Below are positions 10,801 through 26,196 of a DNA stretch of 64,000 bases, piece after piece. How positions within the stretch are numbered: position 1 is the stretch's first letter; each line of letters starts with the position of its first letter. The stretch spans positions 345,898,001 to 345,962,000 of the forward strand of contig OZ024742.1 of the NCBI GenBank assembly GCA_964016885.1, read 5' to 3'. The stretch comes from Eledone cirrhosa (lineage: Eukaryota). Position numbers and translations under genes: made by a program. Below the pieces are notes generated by a model that saw nothing but the letters and a program-made list of their open reading frames with translations, did not search any database and was not told the origin of the DNA.

Positions 10801-13800
10801 CTCCCCTACCTTACATAGGGGGTTGTAATGTATCTGTCATTAAGTATATTTCACTTCCTCCCCTACCTTACATAGGGGGTTGTAATGTATATGATATTAA
10901 GTATATTTCACTCCCTCCCCTGTCTTACATAGGGGGTTGTAATGTATCTGTCATTAAGTATATTTCACTTCCTCCCCTACCTTACATAGGGGTTTGTAAT
11001 GTATCTGTCATTAAGTATATTTCACTCCCTCCCCTACCTTACATAGGGGGTTGTAATCTATCTGTCATTAAGTATATTTCACTCCCTCCCCTACCTTAAA
11101 TAGGGGGTTGTAATGTATCTGTCATTAAGTATATTTCACTCCCTCCCCTACCTTAAATAGGGGGTTGTAATGTATCTGTCATTAAGTATATTTCACTCCC
11201 TCCCCTACCTTACATAGGGGGTTGTAATGTATCTGTCATTAAGTATATTTCACTCCCTCCCCTACCTTAAATAGGGGGTTGTAATGTATCTGTCATTAAG
11301 TATATTTCACTCCCTCCCCTACCTTACATAGGGGGTTGTAATGTATCTGTCATTAAGTATATTTCACTCCCTCCCCTACCTTACATAGGGGGTTGTAATG
11401 TATCTGTCATTAAGTATATTTCACTTCCTCCCCTGTCTTACATAGGGGGTTGTAATGTATCTGTAATTAAGTATATTTCACTCCCTCCCCTGTCTTACAT
11501 AGGGGGTTGTAATGTATCTGTCATTAAGTATATTTCACTCCCTCCCCTACCTTACATAGGGGGTTGTAATATATCTGTCATTAAGTATATTTCACTTCCT
11601 CCCCTACCTTACATAGGGGGTTGTAATGTATCTGTCATTAAGTATATTTCACTTACTCCCGTGTCTTACATAGGGGGTTGTAATGTATCTGTCATTAAGT
11701 ATATTTCACTCCCTCCCCTACCTTACATAGGGGGTTGTAATGTATCTGTCATTAAGCATATTTCACTCCCTCCCCTACCTTACATAGGGGTTTGTAATGT
11801 ATCTGTCTTTAAGTATATTTCACTCCCTCCCCTACCTTACATAGGGGGTTGTAATGTATCTGTCATTAAGTATATTTCACTTCCTCCCCTACCTTACATA
11901 GGGGGTTGTAATGTATATGTAATTAAGTATATTTCACTCCCTCCCCTACCTTACATAGGGGGTTGTAATGTATCTGTCATTAAGTATATTTCACTCCCTC
12001 CCCTACCTTTCATAGGGGGTTGTAATGTATCTGTCATTAGGTATATTTCACTTCCTCCCCTACCTTACATAGGGGGTTGTAATGTATCTGTCATTAAGTA
12101 TATTTCACTTCCTCCTCTATCTTACATAGGGGGTTGTAATGTATCTGTCATTAAGTATATTTCACTCCCTCCCCTACCTTACATAGGGGGTTGTGATGTA
12201 TCTGTCATTAAGTATATTTCACTCTCTCCCCTACCTTACATAGGGGGTTGTAATGTATCTGTCATTAAGTATATTTCACTTCCTCCTCTATCTTACATAG
12301 GGGGTTGTAATGTATCTGTCATTAAGTATATTTCACTCTCTCCCCTACCTTACATAGGGGGTTGTAATGTATCTGTCATTAAGTATATTTCACTCTCTCC
12401 CCTACCTTCCATAGGGGGTTGAAATGTATCTGTCATAAAGTATATTTCACTCCCTCCCCTGCCTTACATAGGGGGTTGTAATGTATCTGTCATTAAGTAT
12501 ATTTCACTCCCTCCCCTACCTTAAATAGGGGGTTGTAATGTATCTGTCATTAAGTATATTTCACTCCCTCCCCTACCTTACATAGGGGGTTGTAATTTAT
12601 CTGTCATTAAGTATATTTCACTCTCTCCCCTACCTTCCATAGGGGTTGTAATGTATCTGTCATTAAGTATATTTCACTCCCTCCCCTACCTTACATAGGG
12701 GGTTGTAATGTATCTGTCATTAAGTATATTTCACTTACTCTCCTGTTTTACATAGGGGGTTGTAATGTATCTGTAATTAAGTATATTTCACTCCCTCCCC
12801 TACCTTTCATAGGGGGTTGTAATGTATCTGTCATTAAGTATATTTCACTCCTTCCCCTACCTTACATAGGGGGTTGTAATGTATCTGTCTTTAAGTATAT
12901 TTCACTCCCTCCCCTACCTTACATAGGGGGTTGTAATGTATCTGTCATTAAGTATATTTCACTTCCTCCCCTACCTTCCATACGGGGTTGTAATGTATCT
13001 GTCATTAAGTATATTTCACTCCCTCCCCTACCTTAAATAGGGGGTTGTAATGTATCTGTCATTAAGTATATTTCACTTCCTCCCCAGCCTTACATAGGGG
13101 GTTGTAATGTATCTGTCATTAAGTATATTTCACTCCCTCCCCTACCTTACATAGGGGGTTGTAATGTATCTGTCTTTAAGTATATTTCACTCCCTCCCCT
13201 ACCTTACATAGGGGGTTGTAATGTATCTGTCATTAAGTATATTTCACTTCCTCCCCTACCTTCCATACGGGGTTGTAATGTATCTGTCATTAAGTATATT
13301 TCACTCCCTCCCCTACCTTACATAGGGGGTTGTAATGTATCTGTCATTAAGTATATTTCACTTCCTCCCCTGTCGTACATAGAGGGTTGTAATGTATCTG
13401 TCATTAAGTATATTTCACTTCCTCCCCTGTCGTACATAGAGGGTTGTAATGTATCTGTCATTAAGTATATTTCACTTCCTCCCCTGTCGTACATAGAGGG
13501 TTGTAATGTATCTGTCATTAAGTATATTTCACTTCCTCCCCTGTCGTACATAGGGGGTAGTAATGTATCTATCATTAAGTATATTTCACTTCCTCCCCTG
13601 TCGTACATAGAGGGTTGTAATGTATCTGTCATTAAGTATATTTCACTTCCTCCCCTGTCTTACGTAGGGGGTTGTAATGTATCTGTGATTAAGTATATTT
13701 CACTCTCTCCCCTACCTTACATAGGGGGTTGTAATGTATCTGTCATTAAGTATATTTCACTTCCTCCTCTATCTTACATAGGGGGTTGTAATGTATCTGT

Positions 13801-16800
13801 CATTAAGTATATTTCACTCTCTCCCCTACCTTACATAGGGGGTTGTAATGTATCTGTCATTAAGTATATTTCACTCCCTCCCCTACCTTAAATAGGGGGT
13901 TGTAATTTATCTGTCATTAAGTATATTTCACTTCCTCCCCTACCTTACATAGGGGGTTGTAATGTATCTGTCATTAAGTATATTTCACTTCCTCCCCTAC
14001 CTTACATAGGGGGTTGTAATGTATCTGTCATTAAGTATATTTCACTCCCTCCCCTACCTTACATAGGGGGTTGTAATTTATCTGTCATTAAGTATATTTC
14101 ACTCCCTCCCCTACCTTAAATAGGGGGTTGTAATTTATCTGTCATTAAGTATATTTCACTTCCTCCCCTACCTTACATAGGGGGTTGTAATGTATATGAT
14201 ATTAAGTATATTTCACTCCCTCCCCTACCTTACATAGGGGGTTGTAAAGTATCTGTCATTAAGTATATTTCACTCCCTCCCCTACCTTACATAGGGGGTT
14301 GTAATGTATCTGTCATTAAGTATATTTCACTTCCTCCCCTACCTTACATAGGGGGTTGTAATGTATATGATATTAAGTATATTTCACTCCCTCCCCTGTC
14401 TTACATAGGGGGTTGTAATGTATCTGTCATTAAGTATATTTCACTTCCTCCCCTACCTTACATAGGGGTTTGTAATGTATCTGTCATTAAGTATATTTCA
14501 CTCCCTCCCCTACCTTACATAGGGGGTTGTAATGTATCTGTCATTAAGTATATTTCACTCCCTCCCCTACCTTAAATAGGGGGTTGTAATGTATCTGTCA
14601 TTAAGTATATTTCACTCCCTCCCCTACCTTAAATAGGGGGTTGTAATGTATCTGTCATTAAGTATATTTCACTCCCTCCCCTACCTTACATAGGGGGTTG
14701 TAATGTATCTGTCATTAAGTATATTTCACTCCCTCCCCTACCTTAAATAGGGGGTTGTAATGTATCTGTCATTAAGTATATTTCACTCCCTCCCCTACCT
14801 TACATAGGGGGTTGTAATGTATCTGTCATTAAGTATATTTCACTCCCTCCCCTACCTTAAATAGGGGGTTGTAATGTATCTGTCATTAAGTATATTTCAC
14901 TTCCTCCCCTGTCTTACATAGGGGGTTGTAATGTATCTGTAATTAAGTATATTTCACTCCCTCCCCTGTCTTACATAGGGGGTTGTAATGTATCTGTCAT
15001 TAAGTATATTTCACTCCCTCCCCTACCTTACATAGGGGGTTGTAATATATCTGTCATTAAGTATATTTCACTTCCTCCCCTACCTTACATAGGGGGTTGT
15101 AATGTATCTGTCATTAAGTATATTTCACTTACTCCCGTGTCTTACATAGGGGGTTGTAATGTATCTGTCATTAAGTATATTTCACTCCCTCCCCTACCTT
15201 ACATAGGGGGTTGTAATGTATCTGTCATTAAGCATATTTCACTCCCTCCCCTACCTTACATAGGGGTTTGTAATGTATCTGTCTTTAAGTATATTTCACT
15301 CCCTCCCCTACCTTACATAGGGGGTTGTAATGTATCTGTCATTAAGTATATTTCACTTCCTCCCCTACCTTACATAGGGGGTTGTAATGTATATGTAATT
15401 AAGTATATTTCACTCCCTCCCCTACCTTACATAGGGGGTTGTAATGTATCTGTCATTAAGTATATTTCACTCCCTCCCCTACCTTTCATAGGGGGTTGTA
15501 ATGTATCTGTCATTAGGTATATTTCACTTCCTCCCCTACCTTACATAGGGGGTTGTAATGTATCTGTCATTAAGTATATTTCACTTCCTCCTCTATCTTA
15601 CATAGGGGGTTGTAATGTATCTGTCATTAAGTATATTTCACTCCCTCCCCTACCTTACATAGGGGGTTGTGATGTATCTGTCATTAAGTATATTTCACTC
15701 TCTCCCCTACCTTACATAGGGGGTTGTAATGTATCTGTCATTAAGTATATTTCACTTCCTCCTCTATCTTACATAGGGGGTTGTAATGTATCTGTCATTA
15801 AGTATATTTCACTCTCTCCCCTACCTTACATAGGGGGTTGTAATGTATCTGTCATTAAGTATATTTCACTCTCTCCCCTACCTTCCATAGGGGGTTGAAA
15901 TGTATCTGTCATAAAGTATATTTCACTCCCTCCCCTGCCTTACATAGGGGGTTGTAATGTATCTGTCATTAAGTATATTTCACTCCCTCCCCTACCTTAA
16001 ATAGGGGGTTGTAATGTATCTGTCATTAAGTATATTTCACTCCCTCCCCTTCCTTACATAGGGGGTTGTAATTTATCTGTCATTAAGTATATTTCACTCT
16101 CTCCCCTACCTTCCATAGGGGTTGTAATGTATCTGTCATTAAGTATATTTCACTCCCTCCCCTACCTTACATAGGGGGTTGTAATGTATCTGTCATTAAG
16201 TATATTTCACTTACTCTCCTGTTTTACATAGGGGGTTGTAATGTATCTGTAATTAAGTATATTTCACTCCCTCCCCTACCTTTCATAGGGGGTTGTAATG
16301 TATCTGTCATTAAGTATATTTCACTCCTTCCCCTACCTTACATAGGGGGTTGTAATGTATCTGTCTTTAAGTATATTTCACTCCCTCCCCTACCTTACAT
16401 AGGGGGTTGTAATGTATCTGTCATTAAGTATATTTCACTTCCTCCCCTACCTTCCATACGGGGTTGTAATGTATCTGTCATTAAGTATATTTCACTCCCT
16501 CCCCTACCTTAAATAGGGGGTTGTAATGTATCTGTCATTAAGTATATTTCACTTCCTCCCCAGCCTTACATAGGGGGTTGTAATGTATCTGTCATTAAGT
16601 ATATTTCACTCCCTCCCCTACCTTACATAGGGGGTTGTAATGTATCTGTCTTTAAGTATATTTCACTCCCTCCCCTACCTTACATAGGGGGTTGTAATGT
16701 ATCTGTCATTAAGTATATTTCACTTCCTCCCCTACCTTCCATACGGGGTTGTAATGTATCTGTCATTAAGTATATTTCACTCCCTCCCCTACCTTACATA

Positions 16801-19800
16801 GGGGGTTGTAATGTATCTGTCATTAAGTATATTTCACTCCCTCCCCTACCTTAAATAGGGGGTTGTAATGTATCTGTCATTAAGTATATTTCACTTCCTC
16901 CCCTACCTTACATAGGGGGTTGTAATGTATATGATATTAAGTATATTTCACTCCCTCCCCTGTCTTACATAGGGGGTTGTAATGTATCTGTCATTAAGTA
17001 TATTTCACTTCCTCCCCTACCTTACATAGGGGTTTGTAATGTATCTGTCATTAAGTATATTTCACTCCCTCCCCTACCTTACATAGGGGGTTGTAATGTA
17101 TCTGTCATTAAGTATATTTCACTCCCTCCCCTACCTTAAATAGGGGGTTGTAATGTATCTGTCATTAAGTATATTTCACTCCCTCCCCTACCTTAAATAG
17201 GGGGTTGTAATGTATCTGTCATTAAGTATATTTCACTCCCTCCCCTACCTTACATAGGGGGTTGTAATGTATCTGTCATTAAGTATATTTCACTCCCTCC
17301 CCTACCTTAAATAGGGGGTTGTAATGTATCTGTCATTAAGTATATTTCACTCCCTCCCCTACCTTACATAGGGGGTTGTAATGTATCTGTCATTAAGTAT
17401 ATTTCACTCCCTCCCCTACCTTAAATAGGGGGTTGTAATGTATCTGTCATTAAGTATATTTCACTTCCTCCCCTGTCTTACATAGGGGGTTGTAATGTAT
17501 CTGTAATTAAGTATATTTCACTCCCTCCCCTGTCTTACATAGGGGGTTGTAATGTATCTGTCATTAAGTATATTTCACTCCCTCCCCTACCTTACATAGG
17601 GGGTTGTAATATATCTGTCATTAAGTATATTTCACTTCCTCCCCTACCTTACATAGGGGGTTGTAATGTATCTGTCATTAAGTATATTTCACTTACTCCC
17701 GTGTCTTACATAGGGGGTTGTAATGTATCTGTCATTAAGTATATTTCACTCCCTCCCCTACCTTACATAGGGGGTTGTAATGTATCTGTCATTAAGCATA
17801 TTTCACTCCCTCCCCTACCTTACATAGGGGTTTGTAATGTATCTGTCTTTAAGTATATTTCACTCCCTCCCCTACCTTACATAGGGGGTTGTAATGTATC
17901 TGTCATTAAGTATATTTCACTTCCTCCCCTACCTTACATAGGGGGTTGTAATGTATATGTAATTAAGTATATTTCACTCCCTCCCCTACCTTACATAGGG
18001 GGTTGTAATGTATCTGTCATTAAGTATATTTCACTCCCTCCCCTACCTTTCATAGGGGGTTGTAATGTATCTGTCATTAGGTATATTTCACTTCCTCCCC
18101 TACCTTACATAGGGGGTTGTAATGTATCTGTCATTAAGTATATTTCACTTCCTCCTCTATCTTACATAGGGGGTTGTAATGTATCTGTCATTAAGTATAT
18201 TTCACTCCCTCCCCTACCTTACATAGGGGGTTGTGATGTATCTGTCATTAAGTATATTTCACTCTCTCCCCTACCTTACATAGGGGGTTGTAATGTATCT
18301 GTCATTAAGTATATTTCACTTCCTCCTCTATCTTACATAGGGGGTTGTAATGTATCTGTCATTAAGTATATTTCACTCTCTCCCCTACCTTACATAGGGG
18401 GTTGTAATGTATCTGTCATTAAGTATATTTCACTCTCTCCCCTACCTTCCATAGGGGGTTGAAATGTATCTGTCATAAAGTATATTTCACTCCCTCCCCT
18501 GCCTTACATAGGGGGTTGTAATGTATCTGTCATTAAGTATATTTCACTCCCTCCCCTACCTTAAATAGGGGGTTGTAATGTATCTGTCATTAAGTATATT
18601 TCACTCCCTCCCCTTCCTTACATAGGGGGTTGTAATTTATCTGTCATTAAGTATATTTCACTCTCTCCCCTACCTTCCATAGGGGTTGTAATGTATCTGT
18701 CATTAAGTATATTTCACTCCCTCCCCTACCTTACATAGGGGGTTGTAATGTATCTGTCATTAAGTATATTTCACTTACTCTCCTGTTTTACATAGGGGGT
18801 TGTAATGTATCTGTAATTAAGTATATTTCACTCCCTCCCCTACCTTTCATAGGGGGTTGTAATGTATCTGTCATTAAGTATATTTCACTCCTTCCCCTAC
18901 CTTACATAGGGGGTTGTAATGTATCTGTCTTTAAGTATATTTCACTCCCTCCCCTACCTTACATAGGGGGTTGTAATGTATCTGTCATTAAGTATATTTC
19001 ACTTCCTCCCCTACCTTCCATACGGGGTTGTAATGTATCTGTCATTAAGTATATTTCACTCCCTCCCCTACCTTAAATAGGGGGTTGTAATGTATCTGTC
19101 ATTAAGTATATTTCACTTCCTCCCCAGCCTTACATAGGGGGTTGTAATGTATCTGTCATTAAGTATATTTCACTCCCTCCCCTACCTTACATAGGGGGTT
19201 GTAATGTATCTGTCTTTAAGTATATTTCACTCCCTCCCCTACCTTACATAGGGGGTTGTAATGTATCTGTCATTAAGTATATTTCACTTCCTCCCCTACC
19301 TTCCATACGGGGTTGTAATGTATCTGTCATTAAGTATATTTCACTCCCTCCCCTACCTTACATAGGGGGTTGTAATGTATCTGTCATTAAGTATATTTCA
19401 CTTCCTCCCCTGTCGTACATAGAGGGTTGTAATGTATCTGTCATTAAGTATATTTCACTTCCTCCCCTGTCGTACATAGAGGGTTGTAATGTATCTGTCA
19501 TTAAGTATATTTCACTTCCTCCCCTGTCGTACATAGAGGGTTGTAATGTATCTGTCATTAAGTATATTTCACTTCCTCCCCTGTCGTACATAGGGGGTAG
19601 TAATGTATCTATCATTAAGTATATTTCACTTCCTCCCCTGTCGTACATAGAGGGTTGTAATGTATCTGTCATTAAGTATATTTCACTTCCTCCCCTGTCT
19701 TACGTAGGGGGTTGTAATGTATCTGTGATTAAGTATATTTCACTTCCTCCCCTGTCTTACATAGGGGGTTGTAATGTATCTGTCATTAAGTATATTTCAC

Positions 19801-22800
19801 TTCCTCCCCTACCTTACATGGGGGTTGTAATGTATCTGTCATTAAGTATATTTCACTTCCTCCCCTACCTTACATAGGGGGTTGTAATGTATCTGTCATT
19901 AAGTATATTTCACTTCCTCCCCTACCTTACATAGGGGGTTGTAATGTATCTGTCATTAAGTATATTTCACTTCCTCCCCTACCTTACATAGGGGGTTGTA
20001 ATGTATCTGTCATTAAGTATATTTCACTCCCTCCCCTGTCTTACATAGGGGTTGTAATGTATCTGTCATTAAGTATATTTCACTTCCTCCCCTACCTTAC
20101 ATAGGGGGTTGTAATGTATCTGTCATTAAGTATATTTCACTTCCTCCCCTACCTTACATAGGGGGTTGTAATGTATCTGTCATTAAGTATATTTCACTTC
20201 CTCCCCTACCTTACATAGAGGGTTGTAATGTATCTGTCATTAAGTATATTTCACTTCCTCCCCTGCCTTACATAGGGGGTTGTAATGTATATGTCATTAA
20301 GTATATTTCACTCCCTCCCCTACCTTACATAGGGGGTTGTAATGTATCTGTCATTAAGTATATTTCACTTCCTCCCCTACCTTACATAGAGGGTTGTAAT
20401 GTATCTGTCATTAAGTATATTTCACTTCCTCCCCTGCCTTACATAGGGGGTTGTAATGTATCTGTCATTAAGTATATTTCACTCCCTCCCCTACCTTACA
20501 TAGGGGGTTGTAATGTATCTGTCATTAAGTATATTTCACACCCTCCCCTACCTTACATAGGGGGTTGTAATGTATCTGTCATTAAGTATATTTCACTTCC
20601 TCCCCTGTCTTACGTAGGGGGTTGTAATGTATCTGTCATTAAGTATATTTCACTCCCTCCCCTGTTTTACATAGGGGTTGTAATGTATCTGTCATTAAGT
20701 ATATTTCACTCCCTCCCCTGTCTTACATAGGGGGTTGTAATGTATCTGTCATTAAGTATATATCACTTCCTCCCCTACCTTACATAGCGGGTTGTAATGT
20801 ATCTGTCATTAAGTATATTTCAATCCCTCCCCTACCTTACATAGGGGGCTGTAATGTATCTGTCATTAAGTATATTTCACTCCCTCCCCTACCTTACATA
20901 GGGGGTTGTAATGTATCTGTCATTAAGTATATTTCACTCCCTCCCCTACCTTACATAGGGGGTTGTAATGTATCTGTCATTAAGTATATTTCACTCCCTC
21001 CCCTACCTTACATAGGGGGTTGTAATGTATCTGTCATTAAGTATATTTCACTCCCTCCCCTACCTTACATAGGGGGTTGTAATGTATCTGTCATTAAGTA
21101 TATTTCACTCCCTCCCCTACCTTACATAGGGGGTTGTAATGTATCTGTCATTAAGTATATTTCACTCCCTCCCCTCCCTTACATAGGGGGTTGTAATGTA
21201 TCTGTCATTAAGTATATTTCACTCCCTCCCCTACCTTACATAGGGGGTTGTAATGTATCTGTCATTAAGTATATTTCACTCCCTCCCCTACCTTACATAG
21301 GGGGTTGTAATGTATCTGTCATTAAGTATATTTCACTTCCTCCCCTGTCTTACATAGGGGGTTGTAATGTATCTGTCATTAAGTATATTTCACTCCCTCC
21401 CCTACCTTACATAGGGGGTTGTAATGTATCTGTCATTAAGTATATATCACTTCCTCCCCTACCTTACATAGCGGGTTGTAATGTATCTGTCATTAAGTAT
21501 ATTTCAATCCCTCCCCTACCTTACATAGGGGGCTGTAATGTATCTGTCATTAAGTATATTTCACTCCCTCCCCTACCTTACATAGGGGGTTGTAATGTAT
21601 CTGTCATTAAGTATATTTCACTCCCTCCCCTACCTTACATAGGGGGTTGTAATGTATCTGTCATTAAGTATATTTCACTCCCTCCCCTACCTTACATAGG
21701 GGGTTGTAATGTATCTGTCATTAAGTATATTTCACTCCCTCCCCTACCTTACATAGGGGGTTGTAATGTATCTGTCATTAAGTATATTTCAATCCCTCCC
21801 CTACCTTACATAGGGGGCTGTAATGTATCTGTCATTAAGTATATTTCACTCCCTCCCCTACCTTACATAGGGGGTTGTAATGTATCTGTCATTAAGTATA
21901 TTTCACTCCCTCCCCTACCTTACATAGGGGGTTGTAATGTATCTGTCATTAAGTATATTTCACTTCCTCTCCTGTCTTACATAGGGGGTTGTAATGTATC
22001 TGTCATTAAGTATATTTCACTCCCTCCCCTACCTTACATAGGGGGTTGTAATGTATCTGTCATTAAGTATATTTCACTCCCTCTCCTACCTTACATAGGG
22101 GGTTGTAATGTATCTGTCATTAAGTATATTTCACTTCCTCCCCTGTCTTACATAGGGGGTTGTAATGTATCTGTCATTAAGTATATTTCACTCCCTCCCC
22201 TACCTTACATAGGGGGTTGTAATGTATCTGTCATTAAGTATATTTCACTCCCTCCCCTACCTTACATAGGGGGTTGTAATGTATCTGTCATTAAGTATAT
22301 TTCACTCCCTCCCCTACCTTACATAGGGGGTTGTAATGTATCTGTCATTAAGTATATTTCACTTCCTCCCCTGTCTTACATAGGGGGTTGTAATGTATCT
22401 GTCATTAAGTATATTTCACTCCCTCCCCTACCTTACATAGGGGGTTGTAATGTATCTGTCATTAAGTATATTTCACTCCCTCCCCTACCTTACATAGGGG
22501 GTTGTAATGTATCTGTCATTAAGTATATTTCACTCCCTCCCCTGTCTTACATAGGGGGTTTTAATGTATCTGTCATTAAGTATATTTCACTTCCTCCCCT
22601 GTCTTACATAGGGGGTTGTAATGTATCTGTCATTAAGTATATTTCACTTCCTCCCCTACCTTACATAGGGGTTGTAATGTATCTGTCATTAAGTATATTT
22701 CACTCCCTCCCCTACCTTACATAGGGGGTTGTAATGTATGTCATTAAGTATATTTCACTCCCTCCCCTGTCTTACATAGGGGGTTTTAATGTATCTGTCA

Positions 22801-23849
22801 TTAAGTATATTTCACTTCCTCCCCTACCTTACATAGGGGGTTGTAATGTATCTGTCATTAAGTATATTTCACTTCCTCCTCTACCTTACATAGGGGGTTG
22901 TAATGTATATGTCATTAAGTATATTTCACTTCCTCCCCTACCTTACATAGGGGGTTGTAATGTATCTGTCATTAAGTATATTTCACTCCCTCCCGGCCTT
23001 ACATAGGGGGTTTTAATGTATCTGTCATTAAGTATATTTCACTTCCTCCTCTACCTTACATAGGGGGTTGTAATGTATATGTCATTAAGTATATTTCACT
23101 CCCTCCCGGCCTTACATAGGGGGTTTTAATGTATCTGTCATTAAGTATATTTCACTTCCTCCCCTACCTTACATAGGGCGTTGTAATGTATCTGTCATTA
23201 AGTATATTTCACTTCCTCCTCTACCTTACATAGGGAGTTGTAATGTATATGTCATTAAGTATATTTCACTCCCTCCCGGCCTTACATAGGGGGTTTTAAT
23301 GTATCTGTCATTAAGTATATTTCACTTCCTCCCCTACCTTACATAGGGGGTTGTAATGTATCTGTCATTAAGTATATTTCACTCCCTCCCCTACCTTACA
23401 TAGGGGGTTGTAATGTATCTGTCATTAAGTATATTTCACTTCCTCCCCTACCTTACATAGGGGGTTGTAATGTATCTGTCATTAAGTATATTTCACTCCC
23501 TCCCCTACCTTACATAGGTGGTTTTAATGTATCTGTCATTAAGTATATTTCACTCCCTCCCCTACCTTAAATAGGGGGTTGTAATGTATCTGTCATTAAG
23601 TATATTTCACTTCCTCCCCTACCTTACATAGGGGGTTGTAATGTATCTGTCATTAAGTATATTTCACTCCCTCCCCTACCTTACATAGGGGGTTTTAATG
23701 TATCTGTCATTAAGTATATTTCACTCCCTCCCCTACCTTAAATAGGGGGTTGTAATGTATCTGTCATTAAGTATATTTCACTTCCTCCCCTACCTTACAT
23801 AGGGGGTTGTAATGTATCTGTCATTAAGTATATTTCACTCCCTCCCCTG
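7900..23849. repeat. 57-bp satellite array, ~280 copies (~16 kb)
   Basis: Consensus cttacatagggggttgtaatgtatctgtcattaagtatatttcactccctcccctac; 19-codon periodic pseudo-ORFs. Confidence 0.99.
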
Positions 23850-24106
23850 CCACGTGTGTAATCTATCTTTCTCATTTTCTCATATAGGCAAAAGCTAATT
23901 TTCTTCTATATCCCGAAAACATCTGGGAAAAGTATTTATATCCGTGTATATGCATACTCAGACACAAACACACATATATATATATATTATATACACACAC
24001 ATATGTTTGTGTATGTGGGTGTGTACGCGCGTGCGCAGGTGTGTGTGTGTTTCCGCGAAATTAAAATTCTAAAGTAAACTTCCAGTCCGGCATTCAGTTG
24101 TTTTTA

Positions 24107-24188
<82 letters not shown>

Positions 24189-24437
24189 GTGTGAGTGAGT
24201 GTGTGTATACATATAAATATATATATATATATGTGTATATGCATATATATATGTGTGTGTATGTGTGTGTGTGCAAACAGCCTCTTTAATCCATATCAGT
24301 AGAATTTATGTTGGCGTGTAAACATAACTGCAGAGGCTAATGTTTCCTGGTGATTACCCTTCATCAGTACCGTATACTGTTTACCTGCCAATTGTCAGAT
24401 GTAGTGAAAATATATATTTTCTAAAATACACAGTGAC

Positions 24438-24540
24438 TGATCGGCCTGATTTGCATATTAGCAGACTGGCCGATCAGTCAGATCTGCATATTAACAGATC
24501 CATTGATCAGCCAGATTTGCATATCAGCAGATAGGCCAGT
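24438..24540. repeat. 33-bp tandem repeat x3 containing octamer ATTTGCAT
   Basis: gatcggcctgatttgcatattagcagactggcc / gatcagtcagatctgcatattaacagatccatt / gatcagccagatttgcatatcagcagataggcc. Confidence 0.75.
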
Positions 24541-24697
24541 CAGTTTCATCTATACCAGCAATTAATGGTCGGCTTTGCCATATTCAAATATCTAACAAAT
24601 AATTTATCGCTCTACATGGCTGAATACAATAAATGTAATCTGAGGTTTTGAATATTAATAATAATATTCGATTCGTTTGCAATTACGCCAACAGCTT

Positions 24698-24741
<44 letters not shown>

Positions 24742-25328
24742 CTAATTAATTTAATTAGAAAATTCTGTATTGGTTAATTATTTGTGTTTGTTTTATAAAA
24801 TCTTGTCGAGAGCTTGTCATGATGATTATCGGAAATTAAAATATTTTCTTTGTCACACAGTTTGAATGACCCGCCAAAAACCGGGGGTTATTTCCCTTGC
24901 TGGAATTAACACGTGACAGCTTAGGATACGATACGCTGCATCTAGCAGCAACATTTAGCCTATCACCCCTGTTCTGGGTAGAACGAAAACCTGTTGAAAA
25001 ACTGAATCCTCTATTCGATCATGAATACCACGAGCTTGCCAGTCACGTAAGTCTGATATTTGATTTCGGATTCAAAGAAACACTTTAAACGTATAATCGT
25101 TTGATTTATCCAGGTGTATTTTTCTCAACCTGTTAGTTCTATCGTTACTTTGGTATATTATTGTGTGTTAGATTTTCCCTACCACAATCTTCGATTTGTC
25201 AAGCTATTTAAACGTATGTTATTACTCTAAGGACCTACCTTATCGAGTGCTTTGCTAACTCATCATTTCATATAAGTAGGCCGTATTTGCTTGCAAACCG
25301 CCAGAGATTTGATTTTACTAAATTTCCA

Positions 25329-25451
<123 letters not shown>

Positions 25452-25603
25452 GAAGAGAGAAGAAACATTTAGATATAATTAGTAATAAAATGTATCATAC
25501 CTAAACTGCTCCTAGATTCCTCGACTACGTAGTTTCGTGGCATAAACAAAAACAATACATCATAAAGATGTAGATGCGTTCTTGAGACTAGTAAAATGAG
25601 GTA

Positions 25604-25693
25604 TCCTCTTGATAAGTCGGCAGACCTCGCAAGGACTCTATATCTTTATGATGTATTGTTTTTGTTTATGCCACGAAACTACGTAGTCGAGGA
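25604..25693 (+). ncRNA. Type I hammerhead ribozyme, U3-A8 core
   Basis: tcctc-TTGATAA-gtcggca[long loop]tgccac-GAAA-ctacgtag-TC-gagga; palindromic stem III ACTACGTAGT; GUC site at 25688. Confidence 0.8.
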
Positions 25694-26196
25694 ATCTAGG
25701 AGCAGTTTAGATATGATACATTTTATTACTAATTATATCTAAATGTTTCTTCTCTCCTCATAATGTATTTTTAACTCTGATACTGGTTCAGTCTAGTTCA
25801 ACCGGATTGGTCTGTCCCAGTCATTCATTGAGCAACATCGGTGAAGTTTACACCCTTAACTCACGGTTGGGTGCGGATGCATTCATGTATATGTGTGTGT
25901 CCGCATGTATCTGTGTGTTTCTAAATATATTGTTAATAACTCCCTCTGGTCGAGCAATCTTTGAAGTGTGGGGACTGCTGGAAAGCTTCCATTACTCATA
26001 CTTCTCTCCTCCTTCACCACCTCTTCTACGGCTTCGATATAAATACCCCCACCGCCTCCGTGGTATTTTCTTCGGGGTTATAAGAGGCTTAGCTCTGTTT
26101 CTCGACCGTTATATCGCGTGACTATCTCCCCCTCCGCCTTTTGGGATTCTTTCTCACGTCGTGTAGACGCGTTCTTGAGACTAGTAAAATGAGGTA

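Noticed and set aside
7900-23849. Long ORFs (YIGGCNVSVIKYISLPPLP)n as a repeat protein, or the array as CRISPR
   Set aside because: The 57-bp period is divisible by 3; frequent stops (taa variants) and 1-bp indels; no unique spacers and no cas genes.
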